A stretch of DNA of 64,000 bases from Obrimoposthia wandeli (Eukaryota): assembly GCA_977020255.1 (NCBI GenBank), contig CDROCS010002834.1, forward strand, positions 372,001 through 436,000, in the 5' to 3' direction. The number at the start of each line of letters is the position of its first letter. Within the stretch, counting starts at the first letter, position 1. Below are positions 51,700 to 62,566 of this stretch, one piece after another. The notes under the pieces were generated by a model. It had not been told where the DNA came from. It searched no databases and was given only the letters and a program-made list of their open reading frames with translations. The position numbers were made by a program, and so were the translations under genes.

Positions 51700-53066
51700 T
51701 GCGATTCCCACGGTTTTCTAGTTTATCTGGCAGAATTTTTGCGATTTTTTGGCTAACGCTACTCGTCGTGGTCGTCACTCTCGTACTGCTTCCTAACCTT
51801 GACCCGCGGGCGCAGCATACGATTCCAGCACAAAATTTAAAACGCCTGCAAGATTCTGCTCAAGATATTTCAGAACGTATCAGCAACGAACGCGGAACAT
51901 TAAAACAAAAACTTAAACGCTATACCGATCGGGATAATCATAAAGGTATTCAGCTGTACTTTACCACTGAAGACGGTGAAATCATTTCCCCTCATGGACG
52001 AAATAAGGCGTTACGCAATTTCATCACGGTTGCCGATGATCCAGAGAATCCAAGACAGAAACTTTATGGTCGCTGGATGATGGCAGGGCCATTAACAGTC
52101 ACCGATCAACAGCAAACTACGTTAATGTATATCGGGCGAATGTGGCGTGAAACGCCTCCTTTTTTCATTAAAATACTCGATAAGCCCTTCCAACTATTAC
52201 TTGTTACTATGTTAGTCAGTACCCCTTTTCTTTTATGGTTAGCTTGGGTCGTTAGCTTACCGGCTCGTCGACTTCAACGCGCAGCAGAGCGGGTCGCGAC
52301 AGGGCATTTTGAAGCCGATCCAAAACTTGAAACCGGCCCTCGTGAATTTAAACAAGCCGGTGCGAGCTTCAACCAAATGGTGTTAGCAATCAATCAAATG
52401 ATTAGTGGCCAACAACGCTTATTATCAGACATTTCACATGAGTTACGCTCCCCTCTCACTCGTTTACGCATGGCAAATGCACTGGCAAAAAGAAAGCAAG
52501 GTGAGAGTAAAGAACTAACACGAATTGATACCGAAGCTGAGCGATTAGAAAAAATGATCAGTGAGCTGTTGGAATTATCACGCATGCAAGTCAATAGTCA
52601 CGAGCAACTTGAAAACTCTGATGCACATAGCCTTTGGTATGAAATGCTCGAAGATGCCCGTTTTGAAGCAGAGCAAAACAATAAATCTTTAACTTATAAT
52701 ACGCTAAAAGAATGGTCCATTAATGGTAATCCTAATTTACTCATCAGCGCATTAGAGAACGTGATCCGCAATGCCATCAAATATGGCAACGATACAATCA
52801 CGGTGCATTTTTCAGTTAAAGAAAAACAACTCACCATTATGATTGATGATAACGGTGAAGGTGTGCCTGATGATGAACTCAAGGATATCTTTCGTCCATT
52901 TTATCGAGTATCAACCGCAAGGGATCGCAGCAGTGGCGGTACAGGTTTAGGGCTCGCAATTACAGAAAGCGCGATTCGCCAACATAGCGGGAAAATTCAT
53001 GCGAGCAAGAGCCCCATTGGCGGTCTTAGGATTACGATTCAAATACCATTAAGTCAGTCTTATTAA
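51699..53066 (+). CDS. cpxA: Sensor histidine kinase CpxA
   Basis: Two TMs, HAMP, SDISHELRSPLTRL, ENVIRNA, DDNGEG, GGTGLGL. Confidence 0.96.
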   Translation: MRFPRFSSLSGRIFAIFWLTLLVVVVTLVLLPNLDPRAQHTIPAQNLKRLQDSAQDISERISNERGTLKQKLKRYTDRDNHKGIQLYFTTEDGEIISPHGRNKALRNFITVADDPENPRQKLYGRWMMAGPLTVTDQQQTTLMYIGRMWRETPPFFIKILDKPFQLLLVTMLVSTPFLLWLAWVVSLPARRLQRAAERVATGHFEADPKLETGPREFKQAGASFNQMVLAINQMISGQQRLLSDISHELRSPLTRLRMANALAKRKQGESKELTRIDTEAERLEKMISELLELSRMQVNSHEQLENSDAHSLWYEMLEDARFEAEQNNKSLTYNTLKEWSINGNPNLLISALENVIRNAIKYGNDTITVHFSVKEKQLTIMIDDNGEGVPDDELKDIFRPFYRVSTARDRSSGGTGLGLAITESAIRQHSGKIHASKSPIGGLRITIQIPLSQSY

Positions 53067-53173
53067 GCAAAGGAATGGTTATTTTACTTACGCCTTCACA
53101 AGTTAACATTTGCTTGTTGAAGGTGTGCTTGTCACAATAACCGCTACTTTTCTGCTATGTGTTTTCTAAACTT

Positions 53174-53638
53174 ATGTTTGATATTGCCCTTTACGAACCT
53201 GAAATCGCCCCTAATACGGGCAATATAATCCGTTTGTGTGCCAACTGTGGCGCTAACTTGCACCTAATAGAACCTTTAGGGTTTGATTTAGAAGAGAAAA
53301 AACTGCGTCGAGCAGGGTTGGATTATCACGATTTAGCTCACGTATACCGCCATAAAGACTTTGCCGCCTTTAAAGAGGCAATGGCCGGACGTCGCTTATT
53401 TGCCTGTACTACTAAGACAACGAACTACCATACTAATGCACAATTTGCAGAAGGTGATGTACTCATTTTCGGTCCTGAAACCCGTGGATTACCGGCTGAC
53501 TTCATTGAAAGCTTGCCGTTAGAGCAACGCTTACGTATACCGATGCACCCAGATAGCCGCAGCCTGAACCTATCCAATGCTGCAGCCATTATTGGTTATG
53601 AAGCATGGCGTCAGCTTGGCTTTAAAGGGTCTATCTAG
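53174..53638 (+). CDS. trmL: tRNA (cytidine/uridine-2'-O)-methyltransferase
   Basis: [34 protein letters not shown]. Confidence 0.97.
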   Translation: MFDIALYEPEIAPNTGNIIRLCANCGANLHLIEPLGFDLEEKKLRRAGLDYHDLAHVYRHKDFAAFKEAMAGRRLFACTTKTTNYHTNAQFAEGDVLIFGPETRGLPADFIESLPLEQRLRIPMHPDSRSLNLSNAAAIIGYEAWRQLGFKGSI

Positions 53639-53676
53639 CCATCTTGGATCAACAAGATAATAAGAAGAATAAATAG

Positions 53677-53711
53677 AAAAACGAGAAGCCAGATAATCGC
53701 TTCTCGTTTTT
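53677..53711. terminator. Bidirectional terminator, trmL/cysE
   Basis: AAAAACGAGAAGC-9 nt-GCTTCTCGTTTTT. Confidence 0.85.
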
Positions 53712-53740
53712 ATATGCAGTAAGACTAATGACTGGACGTG

Positions 53741-54562
53741 CTAAATGCCATCACCCGCAATAAAGGTTTGTGAACTTCCGTTAAATTGCTGATCCATGTC
53801 CATGGATGGCATATCACTGCTAGGGCGACCCACCACTTTCGCTGGTACCCCAGCCACTGTGGTATGCGGGAGAACGTGATTTAATACCACCGAGCAAGAG
53901 CCAATTTTCGCTCCCACACCGACTTCGATATTACCCAGTACTTTCGCACCCGCGCCTATCATCACACCCTCTCGAATTTTAGGGTGACGATCGCCGCCCA
54001 CTTTACCGGTACCACCTAAGGTGACATCTTGTAAAATCGAAACATCATTTTCAATCACAGCCGTTTCACCGATAACGATACCTGTCGCATGGTCAAACAT
54101 AATACCTTGCCCAATAACCGCAGCAGGATGGACATCGACTTGGCATGTCACGGAAATTTGATTCTGCAGGTATACCGCTAATGCAAAGCGTTTTTGCTTC
54201 CACAGCCAATTCGCAACGCGATAGCCTTGTAAAGCATGATAACCTTTTAGGTATAACAGAGGGATAGAGTACATTTCTACCGCAGGATCGCGCTCAACAA
54301 CCGCTTTAATATCACAAGCAGCAGACTCGGTGATCATACAATCAGCGGCAAAAGCTTCTTCAACCACTTCACGTACAGCCATTGCAGGCATCGATGGTGT
54401 CGCCAATTTATTCGCCAATATATAACTTAACGCCGCGGCTAAGTTATCATGCTTAATAATCGTCGCATGATAAAAACTGGCTAACATGGGCTCTTGTTCT
54501 GACTGCGCTCTCGCTTCTAGCTTGATTGCTTGCCAGACCTCGTTCTGTTGGCACTCCCTCAC
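53741..54562 (-). CDS. cysE: Serine O-acetyltransferase
   Basis: YLKGYHALQ, DHATGIVIGET, GDRHPK, hexapeptide repeats. Confidence 0.98.
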   Translation of the reverse strand: MRECQQNEVWQAIKLEARAQSEQEPMLASFYHATIIKHDNLAAALSYILANKLATPSMPAMAVREVVEEAFAADCMITESAACDIKAVVERDPAVEMYSIPLLYLKGYHALQGYRVANWLWKQKRFALAVYLQNQISVTCQVDVHPAAVIGQGIMFDHATGIVIGETAVIENDVSILQDVTLGGTGKVGGDRHPKIREGVMIGAGAKVLGNIEVGVGAKIGSCSVVLNHVLPHTTVAGVPAKVVGRPSSDMPSMDMDQQFNGSSQTFIAGDGI

Positions 54563-54623
54563 ATCACCCTCGGTTTATCTATGTTAGTAAATGGCTATTG
54601 TCTTATAACTTTAACTTGCTCAG

Positions 54624-54662
54624 AAAAAAAAACAACGTTCGCTTTTCAGCTTACGTTGTTTT
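54624..54662 (-). terminator. secB-gpsA terminator
   Basis: AAAAAAAAACAACGT-14 nt-ACGTTGTTTT. Confidence 0.65.
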
Positions 54663-54729
54663 CGATAGAACAATATCAACTATGTTCGTCATCGCAACCA
54701 TAAAGAGAGGCTAACAACATCATAATTTA

Positions 54730-55746
54730 CTATTCATATTTTTTATCACGTGCTAATAAGTCTTTCGCGGCTTCTCTTGCATCTTTACCCTGATATAACA
54801 CCTGATAAATTTGCTCTGAAATAGGCATTTCAACACCATAGCGCTGAGCAAGAGCCCAGACTTCTTTGGTATTACGGTAACCCTCGACAACCTGACCGAT
54901 ATCTATCTGCGCCTGATCAACCGATTTACCCTGCCCTAACGCTAAACCAAAACGACGGTTACGTGATTGGTTATCAGTACATGTAAGTACTAAGTCACCT
55001 AAGCCTGCCATGCCCATGAATGTTTCTTTTTGAGCACCCAATGCCGCACCAAGACGACACATTTCAGCAAGACCACGTGTAATCAATGCAGTTCGTGCAT
55101 TGGCACCAAAACCGATACCATCAGACATACCAGCACCAATCGCAATCACGTTTTTCACCGCACCACCCAGCTGCATACCAATAAAATCACTATTACTGTA
55201 TACACGGAATGTTTTACTGCAGTGAATTTTCTCTTGAAGATCTTGAACAAACGCCTCGTCAGGAGAAGAAACAGCAATAGCTGTTGGCATACCCGCCGCG
55301 AGCTCTTTCGCAAATGTTGGACCAGATAAAACAGCCAAAGGCACCTCGGTGCCCACAGCTTCAACGGCCACTTCTTTTAATAAGCGGCCCGTTTCAGGTT
55401 CTAAACCTTTCGTAGCCCAACAGATACGTGAGTCTTCACGTAAAAATGGCTTCACATCGCTTAATACCAAACCAAAGACATGACTCGGTACTACTACCAA
55501 TAAATCACGGCTTGCCTGTACGGCCATTTCTAAATCCGCAGAAAGAATCAGCGACTCAGGAAAAGTAACGCCAGGTAAAAAGGCTTCATTGGCACGGTCG
55601 ATTTCAAGCTGAGCAATATGCTCTGCATCATGTCCCCAAAGGATGACATTTGCACCATTACGCGCTAACGAAATTGCCAGCGAGGTACCATAAGAGCCGG
55701 CACCTAACACTGTCATTGTGATCGCATTGTTTACGTTTTGATTCAT
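54730..55746 (-). CDS. gpsA: NAD(P)H-dependent glycerol-3-phosphate dehydrogenase
   Basis: [40 protein letters not shown]. Confidence 0.98.
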   Translation of the reverse strand: MNQNVNNAITMTVLGAGSYGTSLAISLARNGANVILWGHDAEHIAQLEIDRANEAFLPGVTFPESLILSADLEMAVQASRDLLVVVPSHVFGLVLSDVKPFLREDSRICWATKGLEPETGRLLKEVAVEAVGTEVPLAVLSGPTFAKELAAGMPTAIAVSSPDEAFVQDLQEKIHCSKTFRVYSNSDFIGMQLGGAVKNVIAIGAGMSDGIGFGANARTALITRGLAEMCRLGAALGAQKETFMGMAGLGDLVLTCTDNQSRNRRFGLALGQGKSVDQAQIDIGQVVEGYRNTKEVWALAQRYGVEMPISEQIYQVLYQGKDAREAAKDLLARDKKYE

Positions 55747-55762
55747 AGTAACTTATCGCTTA

Positions 55763-56236
55763 TTACGCTTCTTCAGTGCTTTCTGTGTTTGCTTCAGCTT
55801 GGTTCTGTAAGTAATTCATGAACAAAGCATCAAAGTTAACAGGAGCAAGGTTAAGCTGTGGGAAAGTACCTTTAACCACTAGGCTTGAAATAGTTTCACG
55901 CGCATATGGGAATAGGATATTCGGGCTAAATGCACCTAGGCAATGTGCAAGCTGTGGTGCTTCCATACCAGAAACAGTGAAGATACCACCTTGCTGAACT
56001 TCGCAAAGGAAAGCTGTTTCTTCTGCATTTTTCACAGTAACAGTTAGACGTAAGATAACTTCGTAAACACCTTCACCCAGCTCACGGCTTTGAGTATCAA
56101 GATCCAGTTTCACATCTGGGTTCCATTCTTTCTGGAACATATCAGGTGAGTTAGGCGCTTCAAAAGAAACATCCTTAAGAAATACACGCTGGATCTGGAA
56201 ATTTTGTTGTGCTTCGTTATTTGCTACTTCAGCCAT
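55763..56236 (-). CDS. secB: Protein-export chaperone SecB
   Basis: [34 protein letters not shown]. Confidence 0.98.
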   Translation of the reverse strand: MAEVANNEAQQNFQIQRVFLKDVSFEAPNSPDMFQKEWNPDVKLDLDTQSRELGEGVYEVILRLTVTVKNAEETAFLCEVQQGGIFTVSGMEAPQLAHCLGAFSPNILFPYARETISSLVVKGTFPQLNLAPVNFDALFMNYLQNQAEANTESTEEA

Positions 56237-56352
56237 CTTTTTAGTCCTTTTATTCTTTCTATCCCATCACATGAGATAATTCATACATTCGCAAGTGTGA
56301 TGATAATCATCACACTTTACATAAATTCTCGCTGCTCATGAAATGGCGACAA

Positions 56353-56793
56353 TTACTTCTTATTTTTACTGCGTACAAGAGGTAACTTTGCTTCATTCCA
56401 AGAAATCAGACCATCTTTCAAGACATTGACGTTTTCAAAACCCGCTTTCTTCAATAAGTTTGCGTTGTCTTGTGCTGTCTGACCTGTCTTACATACCACA
56501 ATGATTGGGGTAGTTTTATACTTTTCAAGTTCAGTAACGTTTTGTTCTTTAATTTGGCTTGGTAAAGTGTGAAGTGCGCCAGAAATATGCCCCTGACGGT
56601 ATTCGTCACGAGAACGAATATCAAGAAACACACCGTTTTCACGATTCACTAATATCGTCGCTTCATTGGGACTCACTGTTGTGTAGCCCGCTGTTTTTTG
56701 CTTTACAATCGACGCAATAATTGCGACAAACAAACCAACCCAAACAAGGGCTAAAATAGGATTACCCGTAACAAAATCTATATATTGCTGCAT
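56353..56793 (-). CDS. Rhodanese-like membrane protein (YibN family)
   Basis: N-terminal TM, DIRSRDEYRQGHI, VVCKTG, DGLISW. Confidence 0.92.
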   Translation of the reverse strand: MQQYIDFVTGNPILALVWVGLFVAIIASIVKQKTAGYTTVSPNEATILVNRENGVFLDIRSRDEYRQGHISGALHTLPSQIKEQNVTELEKYKTTPIIVVCKTGQTAQDNANLLKKAGFENVNVLKDGLISWNEAKLPLVRSKNKK

Positions 56794-57218
56794 GACTTCC
56801 GCTCTATTTACCGAATTGGCACAATGTACCTAATATTAAGACTAATCACGCCTTAAAAAGGAATCTGAGTATACCCCCGTCAACTGCCTTGTACAGTAAC
56901 AGTCAACAATTCCGCGCACTGGCTCACTCGTTCTTCAATGAGCGCAGCATGCACAGTATAAGAGGTAAACAAGCTCTCTCCAATCAATGAAATAGAAAAA
57001 AACTGTGACCAAGGGCTTACACTTAGAGCAATAAATGCATATATTTTGTTAGTAACATAACAATCCATTGACCGCATACTTTGATCTCAACCTACCGTTT
57101 ATCGGGTAAACTGTAGTAAAATTACAATCAATCTATACCTATTGCCTTAAACATCTATCTTCATTTCAGATGCTTAAGGCAATGTTTATAAGAATTCATC
57201 AATTATGAGGGACAGTTA

Positions 57219-58760
57219 ATGTCTGCTAAAAAGCCACTTGCTTTAGTGATCCTAGATGGTTGGGGTTACCGCGAAGATAATTCAGATAACGCAATCGCGA
57301 ATGCTAACACACCCGTAATGGACAGCTTGATTGCTAATGAAGCAAACACACTAATTTCTGCATCAGGTCTTGATGTGGGTTTACCTGATGGTCAAATGGG
57401 TAACTCTGAAGTTGGCCATACCAACATTGGTGCAGGTCGTGTTGTTTATCAAGATCTGACCCGTATTACTAAATCTATCGCAGACGGTGATTTCTTCGAA
57501 AATGAAGCACTGACAACAGCAATGGATAAAGCAATCAACGCAGGTAAAGCTGTTCACATCATGGGTTTGATGTCTCCTGGTGGCGTTCACAGCCATGAAG
57601 ATCACATCGCAGCAGCGATTGAAATGGCAGCGAAACGCGGCGCAGAGAAAATTTATCTGCACTGCTTCCTTGATGGACGTGATACTCCGCCACGTAGTGC
57701 ACAAAACTCGTTAGAGCGTTTCGATGCATTATTTGCACAATTAGGTAAAGGCCGTACAGCATCATTGGTTGGTCGTTACTACGCAATGGATCGTGATAAC
57801 AACTGGGACCGTGTAGAAGTTGCCTATAATCTACTTTCTGCTGCTAAAGCTGACTTCACTGTTGATTCTGCTGTTGCAGGCCTAACAGATGCTTACTCTC
57901 GTGATGAAAATGATGAGTTTGTAAAAGCCACTGAAATTCGCGCTGAAGGTCAAGAATCAGCAGCAATGGTTGACGGCGATACCGTTATCTTCATGAACTA
58001 CCGTGCTGACCGTGCTCGTGAAATTACGCGTGCATTTGAAGCTGACTTCACCAGTTTTGTTCGTACACAAATGCCAGCATTAGCTGAATTTGTGATGCTT
58101 ACACGATACGCTGCCAACATTAAGTTACCCGCGGCCTACCCACCAGCAACCCTAGAAAACACACTTGGCGAATGGTTGTCGAAGAAAGGTAAAAAGCAGT
58201 TACGTATTTCTGAAACTGAAAAATACGCGCACGTAACCTTCTTCTTTAACGGTGGCGTAGAAGACGAATTTGACGGCGAAACGCGTTCATTAGTCGCGTC
58301 TCCAAAAGTTGCGACTTATGACTTACAGCCTGAAATGAGTGCACCAGAACTGACTGAAAAGTTAGTTGCAGCCATTAAAAGCGGTGAGTTCGATACGATC
58401 ATCTGTAACTACCCTAACGGCGACATGGTTGGTCACACTGGTGTTTACGATGCTGCTGTACAAGCATGTGAAGCGCTAGACGGTTGTATTGGTCAAGTTG
58501 TGGAAGCAATCAAATCTGTCGATGGTCAACTATTGATCACAGCAGACCACGGTAATGCTGAAATGATGATCAACCCAGAAACAGGTGGCGTGCATACTGC
58601 GCACACAAACTTACCTGTTCCTCTTATTTATGTTGGTGATAAATCACTGACTCTAAAAGATGGCGGTAAGCTTTCTGACCTAGCACCAACCATGCTTTCA
58701 TTGTCAGATGTCGAAATCCCTGCAGAGATGACTGGTCAGGTACTGTTTGATCTGAAATAA
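57219..58760 (+). CDS. gpmM: 2,3-bisphosphoglycerate-independent phosphoglycerate mutase
   Basis: [41 protein letters not shown]. Confidence 0.99.
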   Translation: MSAKKPLALVILDGWGYREDNSDNAIANANTPVMDSLIANEANTLISASGLDVGLPDGQMGNSEVGHTNIGAGRVVYQDLTRITKSIADGDFFENEALTTAMDKAINAGKAVHIMGLMSPGGVHSHEDHIAAAIEMAAKRGAEKIYLHCFLDGRDTPPRSAQNSLERFDALFAQLGKGRTASLVGRYYAMDRDNNWDRVEVAYNLLSAAKADFTVDSAVAGLTDAYSRDENDEFVKATEIRAEGQESAAMVDGDTVIFMNYRADRAREITRAFEADFTSFVRTQMPALAEFVMLTRYAANIKLPAAYPPATLENTLGEWLSKKGKKQLRISETEKYAHVTFFFNGGVEDEFDGETRSLVASPKVATYDLQPEMSAPELTEKLVAAIKSGEFDTIICNYPNGDMVGHTGVYDAAVQACEALDGCIGQVVEAIKSVDGQLLITADHGNAEMMINPETGGVHTAHTNLPVPLIYVGDKSLTLKDGGKLSDLAPTMLSLSDVEIPAEMTGQVLFDLK

Positions 58761-58768
58761 TCAATCCC

Positions 58769-59941
58769 ATGCGGGATATGATCAAACACCTTAACCAAAC
58801 TATCCACGCCAGTGCATTATGCACTGGCGTTTTCTTATGCCTGTCATTTTCAGCATCGAGCTTGGCCGTAGGGCAAAATCAACTCGATGGGGTTAAACAG
58901 GAAATCTCACGTCAGCAAAATCAATTAGACAACCGTCAAAAGAAATTCAATTCGTTACAAAAAGAACTTAAACAGCAAGAGCTTGGAATTTCACAAACAG
59001 CAAAAAAAATTCATCAGGCTAATAATCAGCTCTCTACGTTAAAAACCTCTATCGTCCAGCTTGAACGCGAGCAAAAGAAGCTTGAACAATTGCAGCTAGG
59101 GCAGCAAGAAATGCTGAAGGAATTACTCAATGCGCAATATCGACAAGGTGAAAATAGCCAACTGTCGAATTTATTGAGCGGTGAGCAAAGCAATGAACTG
59201 GATCGTATGACGGTCTATGCCGAACGCTTAAGTCAAGCGCGCAGCCAAGCACTCAATCAATTAGCGGCGACCGATACAGAGTTACAACTGAAATACCATC
59301 AGCTAAAACAACAGCGCGAACAACAGCAAATCGTACTAGCACAGTTAAAAACAGAAAAAAGTGCACTTGAATCCAAACAATCCACACGCAAGAAAACCCT
59401 AAAAAGCATTAAAGGGCAGATCAGTTCAAGTAATCAATATCTCAATGAATTACAGAGCAATGAAAAGCGCCTTATTACCGAAATAGCAAAAGCGAAGGCA
59501 GCGGCGGAAGCGGCAGCCAAAGCCGCGGCAAACAAAGCACCGATGAATGGTTTGGCGAAACACAAAGGGAAATTACCTTGGCCAGTCAAAGGGTCTGTCT
59601 TGCATTCATACGGTACCATTCAGCAAGGTGAACTGCGCTGGAAAGGCATGGTTATCGCACAATCATCAGGCAGCCAAGTGAAGTCAATTTATTCTGGCAA
59701 GGTGGTTTTTGCTGATTGGCTACGTGGTTACGGACTTATGCTGGTAGTCGATCACGGTAAAGGTGACATGAGCTTCTATGGTTATAATCAAACACTGCTG
59801 AAAAAAGTCGGCGATAATGTGCGCGCTAATGAACCGATTGCACTTGTTGGTGACAGTGGTGGTCAGGAACGCTCTGCCTTGTACTTTGAGATCCGCCGTA
59901 AAGGGGCACCGACCAACCCTAAGTCGTGGCTAAAAAAATAA
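58769..59941 (+). CDS. envC: Murein hydrolase activator EnvC
   Basis: Long coiled coil plus degenerate M23/LytM domain (WKGMVI, LYFEIRR). Confidence 0.94.
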   Translation: MRDMIKHLNQTIHASALCTGVFLCLSFSASSLAVGQNQLDGVKQEISRQQNQLDNRQKKFNSLQKELKQQELGISQTAKKIHQANNQLSTLKTSIVQLEREQKKLEQLQLGQQEMLKELLNAQYRQGENSQLSNLLSGEQSNELDRMTVYAERLSQARSQALNQLAATDTELQLKYHQLKQQREQQQIVLAQLKTEKSALESKQSTRKKTLKSIKGQISSSNQYLNELQSNEKRLITEIAKAKAAAEAAAKAAANKAPMNGLAKHKGKLPWPVKGSVLHSYGTIQQGELRWKGMVIAQSSGSQVKSIYSGKVVFADWLRGYGLMLVVDHGKGDMSFYGYNQTLLKKVGDNVRANEPIALVGDSGGQERSALYFEIRRKGAPTNPKSWLKK

Positions 59942-60047
59942 TGTAAAACGTGCTATTTATCGGGCTAGACGCTAACAGTCAGCCCGACATGATTCGATAT
60001 TCACTTCAAGGAAGAAGGCTATCAGACAATCTACTATACCAAGGAAT

Positions 60048-60761
60048 GTATTCAAAACAGCCTATCTGATTCTCTTACTGTTAACGTCAACCAGCCTTCA
60101 CGCCGCTAAATTAGCGATCGTTATCGATGACTTAGGCTATCAGGCGATGCCTGAATTACTGTCAAGCCTTCCCCCAGAAGTCACCATCTCCATTTTACCC
60201 AATACGCCGTTTGATTTAGCTGTCGCAGCACAAGCTAAAAACCAACACAGAGAGACATTGCTTCATATGCCCATGGAGCCGGAACATTTAGCGCCACTCG
60301 AAGTTAATACTTTAACCTCGACGATGTCACAACAGACCTTACAACACATCTTACGCAAAGCACTGACTCGAGTCCCGGACGCAATCGCAATCAATAATCA
60401 TATGGGCAGTGCCCTCAGCCAAGATACACAAGCAATGGGCTGGATAATGGCAGAACTCAAACAACACAATCTGTATTATCTCGATAGCCGTACTACGGCT
60501 AAATCGATCGCACAACAACAAGCCGCTAACCATGCCGTATTGTCATTGCGTCGCCATATTTTTCTCGACCATTATCAAACCAAAGAATTTGTCACCAAGC
60601 AGTTAATGAGTGCGATAAAACGCGCCAAGCAATACGGCTATGCGATTGCTATCGGACATCCTCACCCTGTTACATTGTCCACTTTGAATGAATTACTGCC
60701 AAATTTAACAAAAGAAGATATTACCCTGGTGCGGCTGTCGACACTTTTTGCGGAGATGTGA
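60048..60761 (+). CDS. Divergent polysaccharide deacetylase (YibQ family); start codon unresolved
   Basis: In-frame FKTAYLILLLLTSTSLHA signal peptide and AKLAIVIDDLGY motif upstream of the tracked ATG 60147; HMPMEP, NNHMGS, DSRT, IAIGHP. Confidence 0.85.
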   Translation, partial: VFKTAYLILLLLTSTSLHAAKLAIVIDDLGYQAMPELLSSLPPEVTISILPNTPFDLAVAAQAKNQHRETLLHMPMEPEHLAPLEVNTLTSTMSQQTLQHILRKALTRVPDAIAINNHMGSALSQDTQAMGWIMAELKQHNLYYLDSRTTAKSIAQQQAANHAVLSLRRHIFLDHYQTKEFVTKQLMSAIKRAKQYGYAIAIGHPHPVTLSTLNELLPNLTKEDITLVRLSTLFAEM

Positions 60762-60838
60762 TCGGCTATAACGGAAAAATCAAAACGGGACACAAGCATG
60801 CATCCCGTATTTATTACTCTTATCGCCAGAATACAGTG

Positions 60839-61486
60839 CTAAGTTAGATCGTGTTGTACTTGCTCACTGTAATGTAATTCAAGTTGCTTAACCCTTTCTC
60901 TACCTTTCGCTGTCGTTAGCGGACGAACAATGCTCAAAACCTGAAGTACGCCTTGGTAAATGACAGTTTTGGTGATTTTAGCGCCGGGCACTTGGCTGGT
61001 TTGATAAAAAATCCAACTGGAAGCAACCAATTTCAAAGTATTCGCTAGACTGAGTAATTCACTGTCATCAAGATCTAGCAGTTCACTCGATTTAAAGCTA
61101 TTCATCAACGATACTATATTGGTATGAAGTTGTTCTTGCGCTTGTAAATACTTACCTTGAAGCGCTTGATCTCGGCTCAAGATATCGGGTAAGTTGGCGT
61201 AAAAGAATCGATAACGCCACATCAACATAAACACCGCATCGAGATAAACCAGTAAACTTTCAGCCGTTGCATCAAATTCAGCTTGTGGCTGAAAGCAAGT
61301 ACTTAGATCTCGGGCATACTCATCAAAAATACAATGTATAATCTCTTCCTTGTTGCGGAAGTGATAATAAAGATTGCCGGGACTAATACTCAAATGAGCA
61401 GCAATGTGGTTCGTTGTAATATTGGGCTCACCGCTCTCATTAAAGAGCTCAAGGGCGGCCTGAATAATTCTATCGCGGGTCTTCAT
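60839..61486 (-). CDS. TetR/AcrR-family regulator
   Basis: MKTRDRIIQAALELFN...ISPGNLYYHFRNKEEI HTH. Confidence 0.95.
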   Translation of the reverse strand: MKTRDRIIQAALELFNESGEPNITTNHIAAHLSISPGNLYYHFRNKEEIIHCIFDEYARDLSTCFQPQAEFDATAESLLVYLDAVFMLMWRYRFFYANLPDILSRDQALQGKYLQAQEQLHTNIVSLMNSFKSSELLDLDDSELLSLANTLKLVASSWIFYQTSQVPGAKITKTVIYQGVLQVLSIVRPLTTAKGRERVKQLELHYSEQVQHDLT

Positions 61487-61605
61487 TCGATCTCACTTCT
61501 TTCGCCCATTAGCAATCACATGATATTATCATAAGCCATAACGCATATTTACAACAGTGGCGACATGCCGCTGTTTTACCAACGCATTCACTCTCAGGAT
61601 AGACC

Positions 61606-62550
61606 ATGATTATTGTAACTGGTGGCGCCGGCATGATCGGCAGTAACATCGTCAAAACCCTCAACGAGCAAGGCCATAACGACATTTTGATCGTTGATAA
61701 CTTAAAAGATGGCACTAAATTCGCCAACCTTGTCGATTTAGATATTACTGATTATATGGACAGAGATGATTTCATCACCCAAATCATGGCGGGTGATGAC
61801 TTTGGACCTATCGACGCTATTTTCCACGAAGGCGCTTGTTCAGCGACAACTGAGTGGGATGGTAAATACATGATGCTAAATAACTACGAGTATTCGAAAG
61901 AATTACTGCATTTTTGTTTAGAACGTCAGATCCCATTCTTATATGCTTCTTCAGCAGCGACGTACGGCGGTCGTGATCATGATTTCATTGAAGAAAAGCA
62001 ATATGAAGGCGCACTCAACGTTTACGGTTACTCAAAGCAGCAATTCGACAACTATGTTCGTCGTATTTGGTTAGACGCCGAAGAGCGTGGCGAGAAGCTA
62101 TCTCAGATCACAGGTTTCCGTTACTTCAACGTATATGGCCCTCGTGAACAACACAAAGGCAGCATGGCCTCTGTGGCATTCCACCTAAACACTCAAATTA
62201 CTGAAGGCAAAAATCCCAAGCTATTTGAAGGTTCAACTATTTTCAAACGAGATTTTGTCTATGTTGGCGACGTTTGTAAAATGAACCTGTGGTTCTTAGA
62301 AAATAGCGTTTCAGGTATTTTTAACTGCGGTACGGGTAATGCTGAATCATTCCAAGCTGTTGCTGATGCTGCCATCAAGCACCACGGAAAAGGCGAAGTT
62401 GAAATCGTTCCTTTCCCAGCACACCTAGAAGGGCGCTACCAAAAATATACCCAAGCAGATCTTACGAAAGTACGTGCTGCTGGCTATGATGCGCCGTTTA
62501 AATCAGTTGCTGAAGGTGTCGCTGAGTACATGGCAATATTGAATAAATAG
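61606..62550 (+). CDS. hldD: ADP-L-glycero-D-manno-heptose 6-epimerase
   Basis: [39 protein letters not shown]. Confidence 0.98.
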   Translation: MIIVTGGAGMIGSNIVKTLNEQGHNDILIVDNLKDGTKFANLVDLDITDYMDRDDFITQIMAGDDFGPIDAIFHEGACSATTEWDGKYMMLNNYEYSKELLHFCLERQIPFLYASSAATYGGRDHDFIEEKQYEGALNVYGYSKQQFDNYVRRIWLDAEERGEKLSQITGFRYFNVYGPREQHKGSMASVAFHLNTQITEGKNPKLFEGSTIFKRDFVYVGDVCKMNLWFLENSVSGIFNCGTGNAESFQAVADAAIKHHGKGEVEIVPFPAHLEGRYQKYTQADLTKVRAAGYDAPFKSVAEGVAEYMAILNK

Positions 62551-62566
62551 ATCGCGAAGAAGCTCA

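Noticed and set aside
56296-56314. TGTGA...TCACA as a CRP site
   Set aside because: The spacer is 9 nt; CRP needs 6.
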